Positions 40,182-50,449 of a stretch of 64,000 nt of DNA are shown here, one piece after another (positions within the stretch are counted from its first letter, which is position 1; each line of letters opens with the position of its first letter). A program made the position numbers and the translations under genes. The notes below the pieces were generated by a model that saw nothing but the letters and a program-made list of their open reading frames with translations, had not been told where the DNA came from and ran no database searches. This DNA is from Pseudomonadota bacterium (GTDB lineage Bacteria; Desulfobacterota; Desulfobacteria; Desulfobacterales; C00003106): the NCBI GenBank assembly GCA_043818915.1, contig JBDRFJ010000242.1, positions 1,810-65,809 of the forward strand. Reading direction: 5' to 3'.

Positions 40182-40622
40182 CTAATCTCTCTCAGAGCTG
40201 TCTTGGGCCAAACAACGCTTAACTTCTCGATGAATGCAGTCGTATATTTCCTCATCCGACCCGTATATATCAACGATGCTCTTGTGATTGATCAATTTTT
40301 CCACAACAAAGGCTGTAATATATAGACTTGCCCTGTTGGGACGAACCACTATCTGTCTGAAAGGAGCGATTTGATAGTCAATGTCAAAATCTTCCGCCTT
40401 GGATAGAGATTCAAGGCAGCGCGCGATTTGCTCCTCCACATCTTCCTTGCTCATAGTCTCAATCAAACCTTTCTCTATAAGCTTCATAGCAAGGCTCTTG
40501 CTTAAGGCTTCGCTGCAATTTCTTATATGGTGTTTGGTTTGTTGGAACTCGTGCTCTTTAGAACTCTCGATCTTGGAGATAATACTCGCCTCGCGGCTAC
40601 TCGGACGAAAAATCTTTGCCAT
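40182..40622 (-). CDS. Hypothetical protein (possibly DUF507-like)
   Basis: 146-aa helical ORF with ATG start, co-oriented downstream of recJ. Confidence 0.7.
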   Translation of the reverse strand: MAKIFRPSSREASIISKIESSKEHEFQQTKHHIRNCSEALSKSLAMKLIEKGLIETMSKEDVEEQIARCLESLSKAEDFDIDYQIAPFRQIVVRPNRASLYITAFVVEKLINHKSIVDIYGSDEEIYDCIHREVKRCLAQDSSERD

Positions 40623-40737
40623 AGGTGTTTACCTCTATAGACTGTCAGAAAAAGATCTTGGTATACAATGCCTAAATCAGTCGGATATGTATAAAATACA
40701 TATCTTCACAAAAGCAAGTAAAATATCAATATTGCCC

Positions 40738-42480
40738 TTATTCCGTTTCCCTAATAATCATCTGCAACGTTTTTTTGTTCTGCCATCGATTCCACCGCAG
40801 ATTAAACGCGATTCTCTCAAATTTCTCGGGCAACGGCAACATCGAAGCCCCGTTAAACTGAATGGCCTGAATGCTTCTGCTCAGACTGTTGCCCTGTTGT
40901 AGCTTCATACGCACATGGGCTCCTCCAACAACGGAGGATCCGATAATCTTTACATCCTCGGCTGCAAAGAACGGTTCCGGATTCCCCGCACCAAAGGGAG
41001 CCAGCCGCTCTATTTGATTCATTAGATCAGTGTCTATCTCATCAAACCGAACCATTCGATCTATCTCTATCTTCGGAATAAAGTCTTGTTCTGTAGTGTT
41101 TGCACAAACCACATGTTCAAACTTTCCGGCAAAATCCGAGATGCTTTCCGACGGAAGCGAAAGCCCGGCAGCAGCCTCATGCCCTCCAAACCTATCCAAA
41201 TGTTCGGCACACTCTTTCAACCCTTCATATAAATTGAATCCCAAGATGCTTCGGGCTGATCCCTTTCCAGCGCCGTTTTTGACGGAAATCAAGACCACCG
41301 GTCTATAGTACCGCCCTACCAGTTTGGAGGCTACAATCCCGATAACTCCTTCATTCCACCCCTCGCCGCAAAGAACGAGAGATCTTTGCCTTAGAAGATC
41401 CGGATTGGAATCAATTAACCGAATCGCTTCATCCAACGTATCTTTTTCTATCCGCTGCCTCCGGCCGTTGGTATCATTAAGGAAACGAGCAACCGGCAAA
41501 GCCGCTCCTCTGTTAGATGCGGTAAGGAGTTCAACACCCACGTTAGCATTAACCAGGCGCCCCGCGGCATTGATCCTGGGCGCTAATTTGAAAGCAATAT
41601 CCCAGGTATTAAGATCAACGTTGGAAAGACCGCTTACTTCTTGCAGCGCATTCAGCCCGGGCCGTATACGGGATGCGAGGATTTCAAGCCCTGCCTGTAC
41701 CAGGATGCGATTCTCTTCCAAAATCGGTACGATGTCCGCTACAGTACCCAACGCCACAAGGTCGCACACGTTTTTGAGGTTGGGTTCAGATCTGTTTACC
41801 CAAAACCCTTTATCGCGGAGATACTTGCGCAGCGCAAGCGCAAGACAAAAAACCACCCCAACCCCGGCAAGCATCCGGAACGGAAAGGAGCAGTCAGCCT
41901 GTTTGGGATTGAGGATGGCAAAGGCATCCGGGAGTACTTCCGGTATCTCATGGTGGTCGGTGACGATCACGTCTATGTTGTGTTCATTCGCGGCCCTAAC
42001 TGCTTCAACACTGCTGATCCCGCAATCAACGGTAATAATTAACCGGACATTGTCCGGAACAGCCCTTTGGAGTATATAGTCTCTGTTCAATCCGTACCCT
42101 TCCCGGAAACGGTCGGGAAGATAAAAAGACACATCCGCTCCCACGGTTAAAAGAAACTCCAGCAAAAGAGTAGTTCCGGTGACCCCGTCTACATCATAGT
42201 CCCCGAAGATTAAAATCTTTTCCTGTTTTTCAACAGCCGTGACAATCCGTTCAACGGCCCTTGCCATATTCTTCATCAAAAACGGAGAGCGGATATTGGC
42301 AAGCGAAGGATTAAGAAAGTCTATAGCTTCTTTTGGATCTGTAATGCCGCGATTGATCAGGATGCCCGCTACAATCGGATGGCAACCACAGGAACGGGCC
42401 AACATATCCACGTGGTCCGGATCATGCCTCTGAAAACGCCATGTTTTTTTTGGGGACTTACCCACTGTGTAACATCCCAT
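40738..42480 (-). CDS. recJ: ssDNA exonuclease RecJ
   Basis: GDYDVDG, TVDCG, TDHH, GTVAD, PRINAAGR, GSARS, FGGH..AAG. Confidence 0.96.
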   Translation of the reverse strand: MGCYTVGKSPKKTWRFQRHDPDHVDMLARSCGCHPIVAGILINRGITDPKEAIDFLNPSLANIRSPFLMKNMARAVERIVTAVEKQEKILIFGDYDVDGVTGTTLLLEFLLTVGADVSFYLPDRFREGYGLNRDYILQRAVPDNVRLIITVDCGISSVEAVRAANEHNIDVIVTDHHEIPEVLPDAFAILNPKQADCSFPFRMLAGVGVVFCLALALRKYLRDKGFWVNRSEPNLKNVCDLVALGTVADIVPILEENRILVQAGLEILASRIRPGLNALQEVSGLSNVDLNTWDIAFKLAPRINAAGRLVNANVGVELLTASNRGAALPVARFLNDTNGRRQRIEKDTLDEAIRLIDSNPDLLRQRSLVLCGEGWNEGVIGIVASKLVGRYYRPVVLISVKNGAGKGSARSILGFNLYEGLKECAEHLDRFGGHEAAAGLSLPSESISDFAGKFEHVVCANTTEQDFIPKIEIDRMVRFDEIDTDLMNQIERLAPFGAGNPEPFFAAEDVKIIGSSVVGGAHVRMKLQQGNSLSRSIQAIQFNGASMLPLPEKFERIAFNLRWNRWQNKKTLQMIIRETE

Positions 42481-43477
42481 GCTCTGCCGCCATCCTGACC
42501 GCTGCGATAAGGCTCCGGGGGTCGGCTTCTCCTTTTCCGGCTATATTATACGCTGTCCCGTGGTCCACGGAGGTTCGTATGATTGGAAGGCCGAGGGTCA
42601 GGTTTACTCCATCAGAAAAATGGACCATCTTGAATGGAATCAGCCCTTGGTCGTGATACATGCAAACTACCGCGTCGTAATCCCCTTTTTGGGCATAATA
42701 AAAAAGCGTGTCCGGAGGGAGCGGTTCTGTAACATTCATGCCGGCTTCCCGAGCAGCTTGAACCGCGGGAAAAATAAACCGGGATTCTTCATCTCCGAAC
42801 AATCCCCCTTCACCGGCATGGGGATTCAGGGCGGCCACGGCGATCCGGGGAGTGGTTATCCTGAATCTTTCCCGAAGCGCCTCTTCTGTAATTCTAATTG
42901 TGGACAAAATGCTTTCAGCCGTGAGTCTGCCGGAAACCTCTGCTAAGGCACAGTGTATGGTAACCAGGGATACGCGGAGTCGCTCTCCCGCGAGCATCAT
43001 CACATAATCGGTTGTTCCGGTCCTTTGTGCAAGGATCTCTGTATGACCGTCAAAATCAAAGCCGGCGGTGTGCATTGCAAGTTTATTGATAGGGGCCGTG
43101 GCAATCGCTCCTACAGACCCCTCCATAGCCATATCTATAGCTTCGGTGATGTATTTTACCATTGCTGCACCGGTTGAAGAGGATGGTTTACCATATCGGA
43201 GTGCTTCAGGATTGAGGTCGGAAAGGTTCAATACGTCAATAGCGCCGTATTTATACACCCCTGTCCCTTCTTTTTCAAGATCATGACATCGCACTTTGGC
43301 GCCGAGCCGTTCGGCAGTATGGGCCAATACCCGCACATCGCCCAGCACGAGAGGTCGACAAAATTCATATAAAATAGGTTCCGCGAGCGCCTTCACGATA
43401 ATCTCGGGTCCGATCCCCACAGGGTCTCCCATGGTGATAGCAACGATAGGCCGAAATGTGCCGTTATTTTTTGTCAT
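42458..43477 (-). CDS. pdxA: 4-hydroxythreonine-4-phosphate dehydrogenase
   Basis: TMGDPVGIGPE, GHTE, LNPHAGE, MYHDQGL, RTSVDHGTA. Confidence 0.95.
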   Translation of the reverse strand: MTKNNGTFRPIVAITMGDPVGIGPEIIVKALAEPILYEFCRPLVLGDVRVLAHTAERLGAKVRCHDLEKEGTGVYKYGAIDVLNLSDLNPEALRYGKPSSSTGAAMVKYITEAIDMAMEGSVGAIATAPINKLAMHTAGFDFDGHTEILAQRTGTTDYVMMLAGERLRVSLVTIHCALAEVSGRLTAESILSTIRITEEALRERFRITTPRIAVAALNPHAGEGGLFGDEESRFIFPAVQAAREAGMNVTEPLPPDTLFYYAQKGDYDAVVCMYHDQGLIPFKMVHFSDGVNLTLGLPIIRTSVDHGTAYNIAGKGEADPRSLIAAVRMAAEHGMLHSG

Positions 43478-43501
43478 ATATATTCCTCATTGATACTGAA
43501 T

Positions 43502-43736
43502 AAATACGAATATCGAAACTCGAAATCCGAAACAAATCCAAAATACAAATATCAAATGTTCAAAACGTTATTTAACCTTCTGCTGTACCGTTTTCCTTGA
43601 AAATGAAGAGTACGGTCTTCCAAATCCCGTCCGCCTCGCCTGAGCGAGAGCGATGCCGGGCAGGCATATTGTTTCGGGTTTTAAATTTTGGTCATTCGTA
43701 TTTGTTTCGGATTTTGTGCTTCGGATTTCGAATTTT
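43502..43736 (-). pseudogene. Heptamer-armed, internally deleted four-helix-bundle gene remnant with 39-bp REP-like insertion
   Basis: Minus strand from ATG 43695: MTKI*NPKQY[39-bp insert 43626-43664]DLEDRTLHF; arms match 28210-28362. Confidence 0.7.
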
Positions 43737-43811
43737 ATGATTTCTTCTATCAAATGTTCAAAGTAACCTATACTATTCTTGAGTCAATAGCATAGAGGAT
43801 AAGCATAAAAA

Positions 43812-45767
43812 TCACCAAATATAGTCATTAGCTATCTCTCTCTTATCTTTGCCCATAAGGATATGGAACACGCGGATCTTTTTAAGCCTTACAGGGGAAA
43901 GCTGTCCAATAGGTATATAAACTATCTGCTTTCCCCACCGGGCAGCTATCTGCTTAAGAAAAGATCGCGGAGGAGTCGTCGCAACATATACTACGTACTT
44001 TTCCAGGCTGTACTCAAGCCCGGCCAATAGAAGTTTTTCGGCCTTTGTCCCGGCAAAGTAATAATCCGGATCGGTCCAGATGTCTGCCATGCGCAATGGA
44101 GGATAACTGAGAAGGAATCCGCCATGGGAACATCGGCATATCCCTGGACCCACAACATGGTCCCAAGGACTGGTTGCATAAAATGCCATATCCGATTCCT
44201 GGTCGTGCTCTCCTAACCAGGTCATTGTATAAGGAAAACTTTTATTCTCCTTGTCTTCATCATAGATTATCACCACAGACCCGACTCCCCCCTTTGTCCG
44301 CGAAAACTCTTTCACATAAATTCGCCCTTCATACATGTGGCGCACTGTCTCGCGTATGTCGATCCCGTCCAGAATAGTTGTCTCAAAGGGAAGCGTTTTG
44401 GTATGTTCTTCAGAAAGAAGCAATCCGCCCTTTGTCTTGAGAAATTTGCCAAAATCCTCGATTACGATATCTTCAACCGGATACGAACATATATTTGGAT
44501 CGGAAAAACCTTCTAACCACTCACCGACCCTTTGTTCTTTTAGGCGTCTTTTTTTAGGGACAGAGACAGGATGTCGCTTGATTCTGGGTATACGGCGTCG
44601 TATCCTTATTTTTCGGGTATTCAACCAGAGGTCTTCGCCTTTGATTCGTATGGTGGCAAGCTCCGAATCCCCGCGCTGCCAAGGATAAAATGATCCAAGG
44701 CGCCACAGTGCGTAGGAAAAATTATCGTCAGCGCATCCCCGGGCCGATGTTATGAGCTGATAAAAATCGGGAAGGAGGTTCCCCTCCAACAGGGCATAAT
44801 TCCGGCAGAAGCGAAAGAATGCCCGCTTCTGCCATCGTTCCACCGATTCGCCGGTCTCCTGATGATAATGCCGGGCCGCCTCCTCGAAAAGGCAATAATG
44901 AATTTTTTGCCGGTCCAGCGGTTCCATACCTGTTTTGCGAGCAACCCGCCGGACTGAGACGTCCAGGACCTCTTCTTCGGTCATGTTCCCCTTTCCCCCG
45001 GAAAGTAGCTCAAGGACTCCGTATCTTCTGCGTAATGTGCAACGGGTCTGATCCGGAACTTCCGGCAAACTCGTGCGTCTATATTCGTATACAGCAGAAA
45101 GAAAAGGATATTCCGACAGGACTTCCGGGAGAGATTCAGGATGAAGGTTAAAAAGCCCTATGCCAAGACGCTTCACCTTTCCAAGGGGGATGGTTTGAGG
45201 TGTATCAAATGCAGTCCTGACCCCATCGAGATGTGCCATCCCGCAGACAAAAAAGATTTTTTTATAAGACCCGGCAAGCTGTTGTAGCTCATACGCCATG
45301 CCGAGTTCCCGCCTTTTATCTTCGATCCCCTTAACAGGATCGGCAACACGGCGAAAGGTATCGTAATATGTCTTCGCTCCCAACCGATGCACAGAATAGG
45401 TATCCGGGACAGGCTCACGGTACTGTGGGTATTCATCAATGTCCGGGTCTATATAAAAGACGGGAATGCCGGCCTCAAGGCCGCAACGAACCGCCTCACA
45501 CATAGGGTCTGCAGGCTCGCTCGGAAGATATACCACATCCCCCTTTGTGGTCTGGTAGCATATAACAGAAACAGCAGGGAGCCTTTTCACTCCAGCCTCA
45601 ATGTATGACCTGAGTGTGGCCGGAAGTTCTACGGCTATTGCATCGGGGGATAATGTTTTAAAGGAACGCCGGGCCGCCTCGGCAAATTCCATCTTGTAAT
45701 GAACAACCGGCAGAGCGTGGATGGGACCAAATTGGATTAGAGAATTACAAAGTTCCATGTCTAACAT
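43812..45767 (-). CDS. Uncharacterised 651-aa protein with TraB/ChaN-like N-terminal motifs
   Basis: Long ORF; PVVH, IAVELP, RRELGMA, VCGMAH; C-terminal TWLGEHDQESDMAFYAT. Confidence 0.85.
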   Translation of the reverse strand: MLDMELCNSLIQFGPIHALPVVHYKMEFAEAARRSFKTLSPDAIAVELPATLRSYIEAGVKRLPAVSVICYQTTKGDVVYLPSEPADPMCEAVRCGLEAGIPVFYIDPDIDEYPQYREPVPDTYSVHRLGAKTYYDTFRRVADPVKGIEDKRRELGMAYELQQLAGSYKKIFFVCGMAHLDGVRTAFDTPQTIPLGKVKRLGIGLFNLHPESLPEVLSEYPFLSAVYEYRRTSLPEVPDQTRCTLRRRYGVLELLSGGKGNMTEEEVLDVSVRRVARKTGMEPLDRQKIHYCLFEEAARHYHQETGESVERWQKRAFFRFCRNYALLEGNLLPDFYQLITSARGCADDNFSYALWRLGSFYPWQRGDSELATIRIKGEDLWLNTRKIRIRRRIPRIKRHPVSVPKKRRLKEQRVGEWLEGFSDPNICSYPVEDIVIEDFGKFLKTKGGLLLSEEHTKTLPFETTILDGIDIRETVRHMYEGRIYVKEFSRTKGGVGSVVIIYDEDKENKSFPYTMTWLGEHDQESDMAFYATSPWDHVVGPGICRCSHGGFLLSYPPLRMADIWTDPDYYFAGTKAEKLLLAGLEYSLEKYVVYVATTPPRSFLKQIAARWGKQIVYIPIGQLSPVRLKKIRVFHILMGKDKREIANDYIW

Positions 45768-45805
45768 TTAAAACGATGAGTTGCTCTTCTGAGGTGAGAA
45801 ATAAT

Positions 45806-45874
45806 GAGTTGCGTGTTACGAGTTACGGGTTGCGTGTTTGAAACTCGTAACTCGCAACCCGTAACTCGTAACTT
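45806..45874. repeat. Fully collapsed heptamer hairpin (GTTGCGA type)
   Basis: GAGTTGCGTGTTACGAGTTACGGGTTGCGTGTTT-G-AAACTCGTAACTCGCAACCCGTAACTCGTAACTT. Confidence 0.85.
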
Positions 45875-45939
45875 ATCTTAGTTTTCTTAAGCCTTTGAAA
45901 TAGAAATAGCGAAAAACATATTATTAAAAGCCACACATC

Positions 45940-47232
45940 TTAATGCTTAAACGCGCGCTGACCGGTAAATACCATTGTCACCTTTGGAGATGCCTCATTG
46001 CACGCCTGAATCGATTCGCAATCCCTTAATGAACCCCCGGGATGTACGATTGCCGAAATCCCCTCTTTAATGGCCACATCAACTCCGTCACGAAAAGGGA
46101 AGAAGGCATCTGAAACCATGGTAGCTCCGATCAGCCCTGCCCTGGCCACCTCTGTCTCCTGGTCAATGGCCTCCTTATCACTCATCGGCCTTTTACCGTC
46201 GGCGATCTCCATCTCCAGGGTTTTGTACGGTATCTGAAACCGGTCGTAACAAAGGGTGTCCTTATATTTTGTATACGCCTTGTAAATAGCGATTTCAGCA
46301 ACACCTACCCGGTCCTGTTCCCCGGTACCGATCCCCACTGTCACCTCATCTTTGACATAAAGGACCGAATTGGACGTAACTCCCTGTTCCACTGACCACC
46401 CAAATAGCATATCCGCATATTCTTTTTCCGTCGGCTCCCTGTCGACCCTGTACGTCTTATCCTTATACGTGGTCTCCGCTATTGTAAAATCCTCCCTGGA
46501 TCGTATTCGATTGAGGGGAGATTGCTGGACAATGAGGCCGCCGTCCATTAACGATTTAAAATCGACAAAACGCATTTGGCGATACTCTTGGAGACGATCT
46601 ATCCTTGCAATCTGAACAATGCGGAGGTTTTTACTTTTCTTCAAAATCTCTACCGCCCCCTCTTCATAGTCAGGAGCCGCCACCACTTCCAAGTAATTTT
46701 CACCGATCAATTCAGCGGTCTCAATATCAAGGGCCCGGTTAAAAACAACGCATCCTCCGAAGGCCGCGATGCGATCAGCGCGGTTTGCCCGGGCGTAGGC
46801 ATTGGCCACACCATCGGCTGAAGCCACACCACAAGGGTTATTGTGCTTGAGTATAACCGCGGTCGGCTTACTCATCAGGAACTTCATGACATTCAGACCA
46901 TTGTCAATATCGGTAAGATTTGTCTTCCCGGGGTGTTTTCCCGCCTGAAGCATGTCAGCCTCGCTAATGGCACTCACCAGCCCTTTGTCAGGATCAATGA
47001 ACCGACACTCCCCAAGGACCAGGTTCCCATTGACCAGCATATACAGAGCTGCCTCCTGTCCTGGATTTTCTCCATACCTGAGCCCCTTTTCCACCAGTTC
47101 TCCTGACGCAGAATCGGGAATCCTCCAGGCCCGCTTCTGATAAACCAACTTCTGATCTCCGAAAGAAATGGTAATAGTATCGGGAAAATGGTCCTCCATA
47201 ACTGTCCTATATGCTTGCTTTAGATCTACCAT
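45940..47232 (-). CDS. purH: PurH-like AICAR transformylase lacking the N-terminal IMP cyclohydrolase domain
   Basis: LRYGENPGQ, KHNNPCG, AFGG, SDAFFPFRDG, PGGS, RAFKH; ATG 47232 with GGAGG RBS. Confidence 0.85.
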   Translation of the reverse strand: MVDLKQAYRTVMEDHFPDTITISFGDQKLVYQKRAWRIPDSASGELVEKGLRYGENPGQEAALYMLVNGNLVLGECRFIDPDKGLVSAISEADMLQAGKHPGKTNLTDIDNGLNVMKFLMSKPTAVILKHNNPCGVASADGVANAYARANRADRIAAFGGCVVFNRALDIETAELIGENYLEVVAAPDYEEGAVEILKKSKNLRIVQIARIDRLQEYRQMRFVDFKSLMDGGLIVQQSPLNRIRSREDFTIAETTYKDKTYRVDREPTEKEYADMLFGWSVEQGVTSNSVLYVKDEVTVGIGTGEQDRVGVAEIAIYKAYTKYKDTLCYDRFQIPYKTLEMEIADGKRPMSDKEAIDQETEVARAGLIGATMVSDAFFPFRDGVDVAIKEGISAIVHPGGSLRDCESIQACNEASPKVTMVFTGQRAFKH

Positions 47233-47249
47233 AAAAACCTCCCTTGTTT

Positions 47250-47385
47250 TAGTGTCCATCCAGAAATGGTAGATTTTGTCTCAAGACAAGGCCGCACAAA
47301 GGTTTCTACCAGAGGCGTAGTCCCGCCAGGGCGGGACGGAGAACGCAGTCTTGAGACAAAATCTACCATTTCTGGATGGACACTA
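47250..47385. mobile_element. MITE (136 bp) at a TA site
   Basis: Perfect ~38-bp TIRs TAGTGTCCATCCAGAAATGGTAGATTTTGTCTCAAGAC and its reverse complement; internal GTCCCGCCAGGGCGGGAC palindrome. Confidence 0.9.
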
Positions 47386-48783
47386 TTTAACGGAATACTC
47401 CTTCATCTTATACAACAGTGTGGGATGGCTGATTTCAAGAAGTTTGGCTGCCTTGGTCCGGTTTCCTTTCGTGTGTTTAAGGGCCTTTTCTATTAACATC
47501 TTTTCAAGATAAACAGTACCCTCTTTGATAGAAAAAAAGTCGAAAGGAAAGCCACTCCCGCGCTCCACGTCTTCTTTGACTTCATTCGGCAAGTCTTCAA
47601 TATTGATATTATCATGATCCAGCATCACCATTGTGCGTTCTATAACGTTTTCAAGTTCTCTAACGTTGCCTAGCCAGGCACGCTCCATAAGCCTTTGAAT
47701 AGCGCTTGGAGTAGTTCCACGGACTGTTTTGTTGAGGCGTAAGTTGAATTTCCTAATAAAATGTTCAACCAAAAGAGGAATGTCCTCTTTTCGTTCTCGG
47801 AGGGGTGGCAGGACTATCGGCAGGACATTAATTCTATAATATAGATCATCCCTGAAGGCATTATTCTTTACCTCTTCTGAAAGGTCCTTTGCCGTTGCCG
47901 CAAGTATGCGGATATCCACCTTGATCGACTTGTTACTCCCAAGAGGACGAATCTCTTCTTCTTGCAAAGCGCGCAGCAATTTCACCTGAAGCGACATGGG
48001 CAGTTCGCCTATCTCATCCAAAAAAAGGGTTCCACCACTTGCCTCTTCAAAGAGGCCTTTTTTGTCACGGATGGCATCAGTAAATGCCCCTTTAACATGA
48101 CCGAAAAGTTCACTTTCCAAAATATGTTCAGGGACTCCTCCACAGTTAAGTGCAATGAGGGGGGCATTTTTTCGAATACCGTTATAGTGAATCGCTTTTG
48201 CGATAAGCTCTTTTCCTGTTCCACTTTCTCCGGTAATCAAAACGGTCGTTTTATGATCCGCGATCTTTTGGACTGTTTTAAATATATCGCGCATGGCCTT
48301 GCTCTTGGCGACAATATTCTCAAATCCAAAAGTCTCCCTAACCGCATCTCTCAGCAGGGCGTTCTCATGCCTGAGCTGTATCTTTTCTTCTGTTTGTCTC
48401 AGTTTTACGAGGATCTCATCCGGCTTGAACGGCTTGGAGATATAATCCGCGGCGCCCAATTTCATGGCCTCCACGGCAGTATCCACGGTTCCATAGGCGG
48501 ACATCATAACGACTATTGCTTCAGCCCTTCGTCCGATGGCAGATTTAAGAAAGTCGATTCCGTCCATCTCCGGCATTCTTATATCGCAAAGAATCGCGTC
48601 AAAATCACCCTCCTCAAACAGAGCCATTCCCTTGCTTCCTTCCGGCGCGGTAGTAACAGTATAACCGGCTTTTTTTAAGATGATCGACAGGACATGGCGC
48701 ATATTGGGTTCGTCGTCGATCACTAAAATGTTTTTAAAAGACTTGAACGTTCTATCCTCACTTCTTCTCTCTATAATAGCCAT
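47383..48783 (-). CDS. Sigma54-dependent response regulator (AtoC/NtrC family)
   Basis: REC domain, GESGTGKE, GAFTDA, GNVRELEN, HTH. Confidence 0.93.
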   Translation of the reverse strand: MAIIERRSEDRTFKSFKNILVIDDEPNMRHVLSIILKKAGYTVTTAPEGSKGMALFEEGDFDAILCDIRMPEMDGIDFLKSAIGRRAEAIVVMMSAYGTVDTAVEAMKLGAADYISKPFKPDEILVKLRQTEEKIQLRHENALLRDAVRETFGFENIVAKSKAMRDIFKTVQKIADHKTTVLITGESGTGKELIAKAIHYNGIRKNAPLIALNCGGVPEHILESELFGHVKGAFTDAIRDKKGLFEEASGGTLFLDEIGELPMSLQVKLLRALQEEEIRPLGSNKSIKVDIRILAATAKDLSEEVKNNAFRDDLYYRINVLPIVLPPLRERKEDIPLLVEHFIRKFNLRLNKTVRGTTPSAIQRLMERAWLGNVRELENVIERTMVMLDHDNINIEDLPNEVKEDVERGSGFPFDFFSIKEGTVYLEKMLIEKALKHTKGNRTKAAKLLEISHPTLLYKMKEYSVK

Positions 48784-48799
48784 TATTCAATCCAATCTT

Positions 48800-50449
48800 T
48801 TATAACCTAACAAACCTTGCCGCAATCGGCATCCTTCTCCCCATACCAAAGGCCTTGCTGGTCACCTTTAAGCCCGGAGCCCCCTGTCTTCTTTTATACT
48901 CGTTTTTGTCAACAATTTCAACAAGCCATTGTACTAATTTCGGATCAAATCCTTGGCGGACTATCTCTTCACCAGAAAATCCTTCATCCAGATAAAGGAA
49001 AAGGACCTTATCTAACACCTCATACGGAGGGAGTGTATCCTGGTCCAATTGCCCCGGCTTTAATTCTGCTGATGGCGGTTTTTTAATAATTTCCCGTGGA
49101 ATAATCTCGGATCTTCGGTTGATATACTCGGCTAATTTGTAGACCATTGTTTTGGGGACATCGGAAAGGACCGCCAACCCACCGCTCATGTCCCCGTACA
49201 GGGTACAGTAGCCCACTGCCAGTTCGCTTTTATTGCCGGTTGAGAGAACAAGATGTCCAAACTTGTTGGAAAAAGCCATCAATATATTCCCACGAATTCG
49301 CGCTTGGATATTTTCTTCGGTGACATCGACCGCTTTTTCCGCAAAATGCTCTTGCAGGGTATCACAGTAAGAAGAGAATACATCAGAAATAGGTATAACC
49401 TTAAACGATATTCCAAGGTTCTCGGCGAGCTTTCTGGAATCTTCTATGCTCCCTTTCGAAGAATACAAAGAGGGCATTGAAATCCCCAATACATTCTCGC
49501 TCCCTACGGCTTCAGCGGCCAAACTGCATGTAACCGCGGAATCAATCCCCCCGGAAAGGCCGAGAACCGCCTTTGAAAATCCGCACTTACTCATGTAATC
49601 CTTGATCCCCAAAATCAGCGCCCTGAAAACAGACTCGATCTTTTCTTCAGGCACATATGGGTCTGTGCCATGTAATGTAGCGGTATCGATTGTTTCAATG
49701 TGCTCCTCAAATGAAGGAAAAATCAGCGCGGGCTTCCCGTTACTGTCTATATACATGCTTTTTCCGTCAAAGACCAGCTCGTCATTCCCCCCTACCTGAT
49801 TGACGAAAAGGAGCGGTATACTATATTTTCGAACATGATTTTGAAAAAGTCTGTACCGAATTGCATCCTTTTCTGCATGAAAAGGGGATGCAGAAAGATT
49901 AATAAATAATGACGTCCCCTGTTCAGCCAAGGCCTTCATCGGATCTATGGGATAGTATCTCCCACGCCATACGGACTGATCATTCCATGCGTCCTCACAA
50001 ATCGAAATACCAAGTATCTCATCCTTGAACTCTACTACTTGTACATTAGGGGCTGAATCAAAAAATCGGGCTTCGTCAAAGACATCATACGTGGGCAATA
50101 ATGACTTATGTCGACTTGCCAGGATCTCTCCGCAACAAACCAGAAGAGCCGAATTATAGAAACCTGTTCCCACCTCCTTTCCCGTGTGTTGTACAGTACC
50201 GAATAATATGCCTGTCCGGGGATATTTTGTTGATTCCTCAACGATCTCTTGTACCCCTCTTTCCGCCTTTTTAACAAATTGGTCATTCTGCAAAAAATCA
50301 TAGGGAGGGTACCCAATCAGAAATAACTCGGGAAAAACAACAAGGTCCGGAGAATCCTCACATGAGAAGGACAGGGCGTGCTTTAACTTTGTCAAGTTGC
50401 CGTCAATGTCGCCTATAGTGGGATTCAACTGTGCAATGGTAATTTTCAT
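48800..50449 (-). CDS. nadE: Glutamine-dependent NAD+ synthetase
   Basis: FPEL, ICED nitrilase domain; GLSGGIDS, ENIQARIRG, TGNKSE, PSAEL. Confidence 0.95.
   Translation of the reverse strand: MKITIAQLNPTIGDIDGNLTKLKHALSFSCEDSPDLVVFPELFLIGYPPYDFLQNDQFVKKAERGVQEIVEESTKYPRTGILFGTVQHTGKEVGTGFYNSALLVCCGEILASRHKSLLPTYDVFDEARFFDSAPNVQVVEFKDEILGISICEDAWNDQSVWRGRYYPIDPMKALAEQGTSLFINLSASPFHAEKDAIRYRLFQNHVRKYSIPLLFVNQVGGNDELVFDGKSMYIDSNGKPALIFPSFEEHIETIDTATLHGTDPYVPEEKIESVFRALILGIKDYMSKCGFSKAVLGLSGGIDSAVTCSLAAEAVGSENVLGISMPSLYSSKGSIEDSRKLAENLGISFKVIPISDVFSSYCDTLQEHFAEKAVDVTEENIQARIRGNILMAFSNKFGHLVLSTGNKSELAVGYCTLYGDMSGGLAVLSDVPKTMVYKLAEYINRRSEIIPREIIKKPPSAELKPGQLDQDTLPPYEVLDKVLFLYLDEGFSGEEIVRQGFDPKLVQWLVEIVDKNEYKRRQGAPGLKVTSKAFGMGRRMPIAARFVRL

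Noticed and set aside
43568-43753. 61-aa ORF as a real gene
   Set aside because: Composed of repeat arm, REP-like insert and an out-of-frame remnant.
45806-45874. CRISPR array at the tandem repeats
   Set aside because: Units are 7-9 nt with no unique spacers, arranged as inverted arms; no cas genes in the window.
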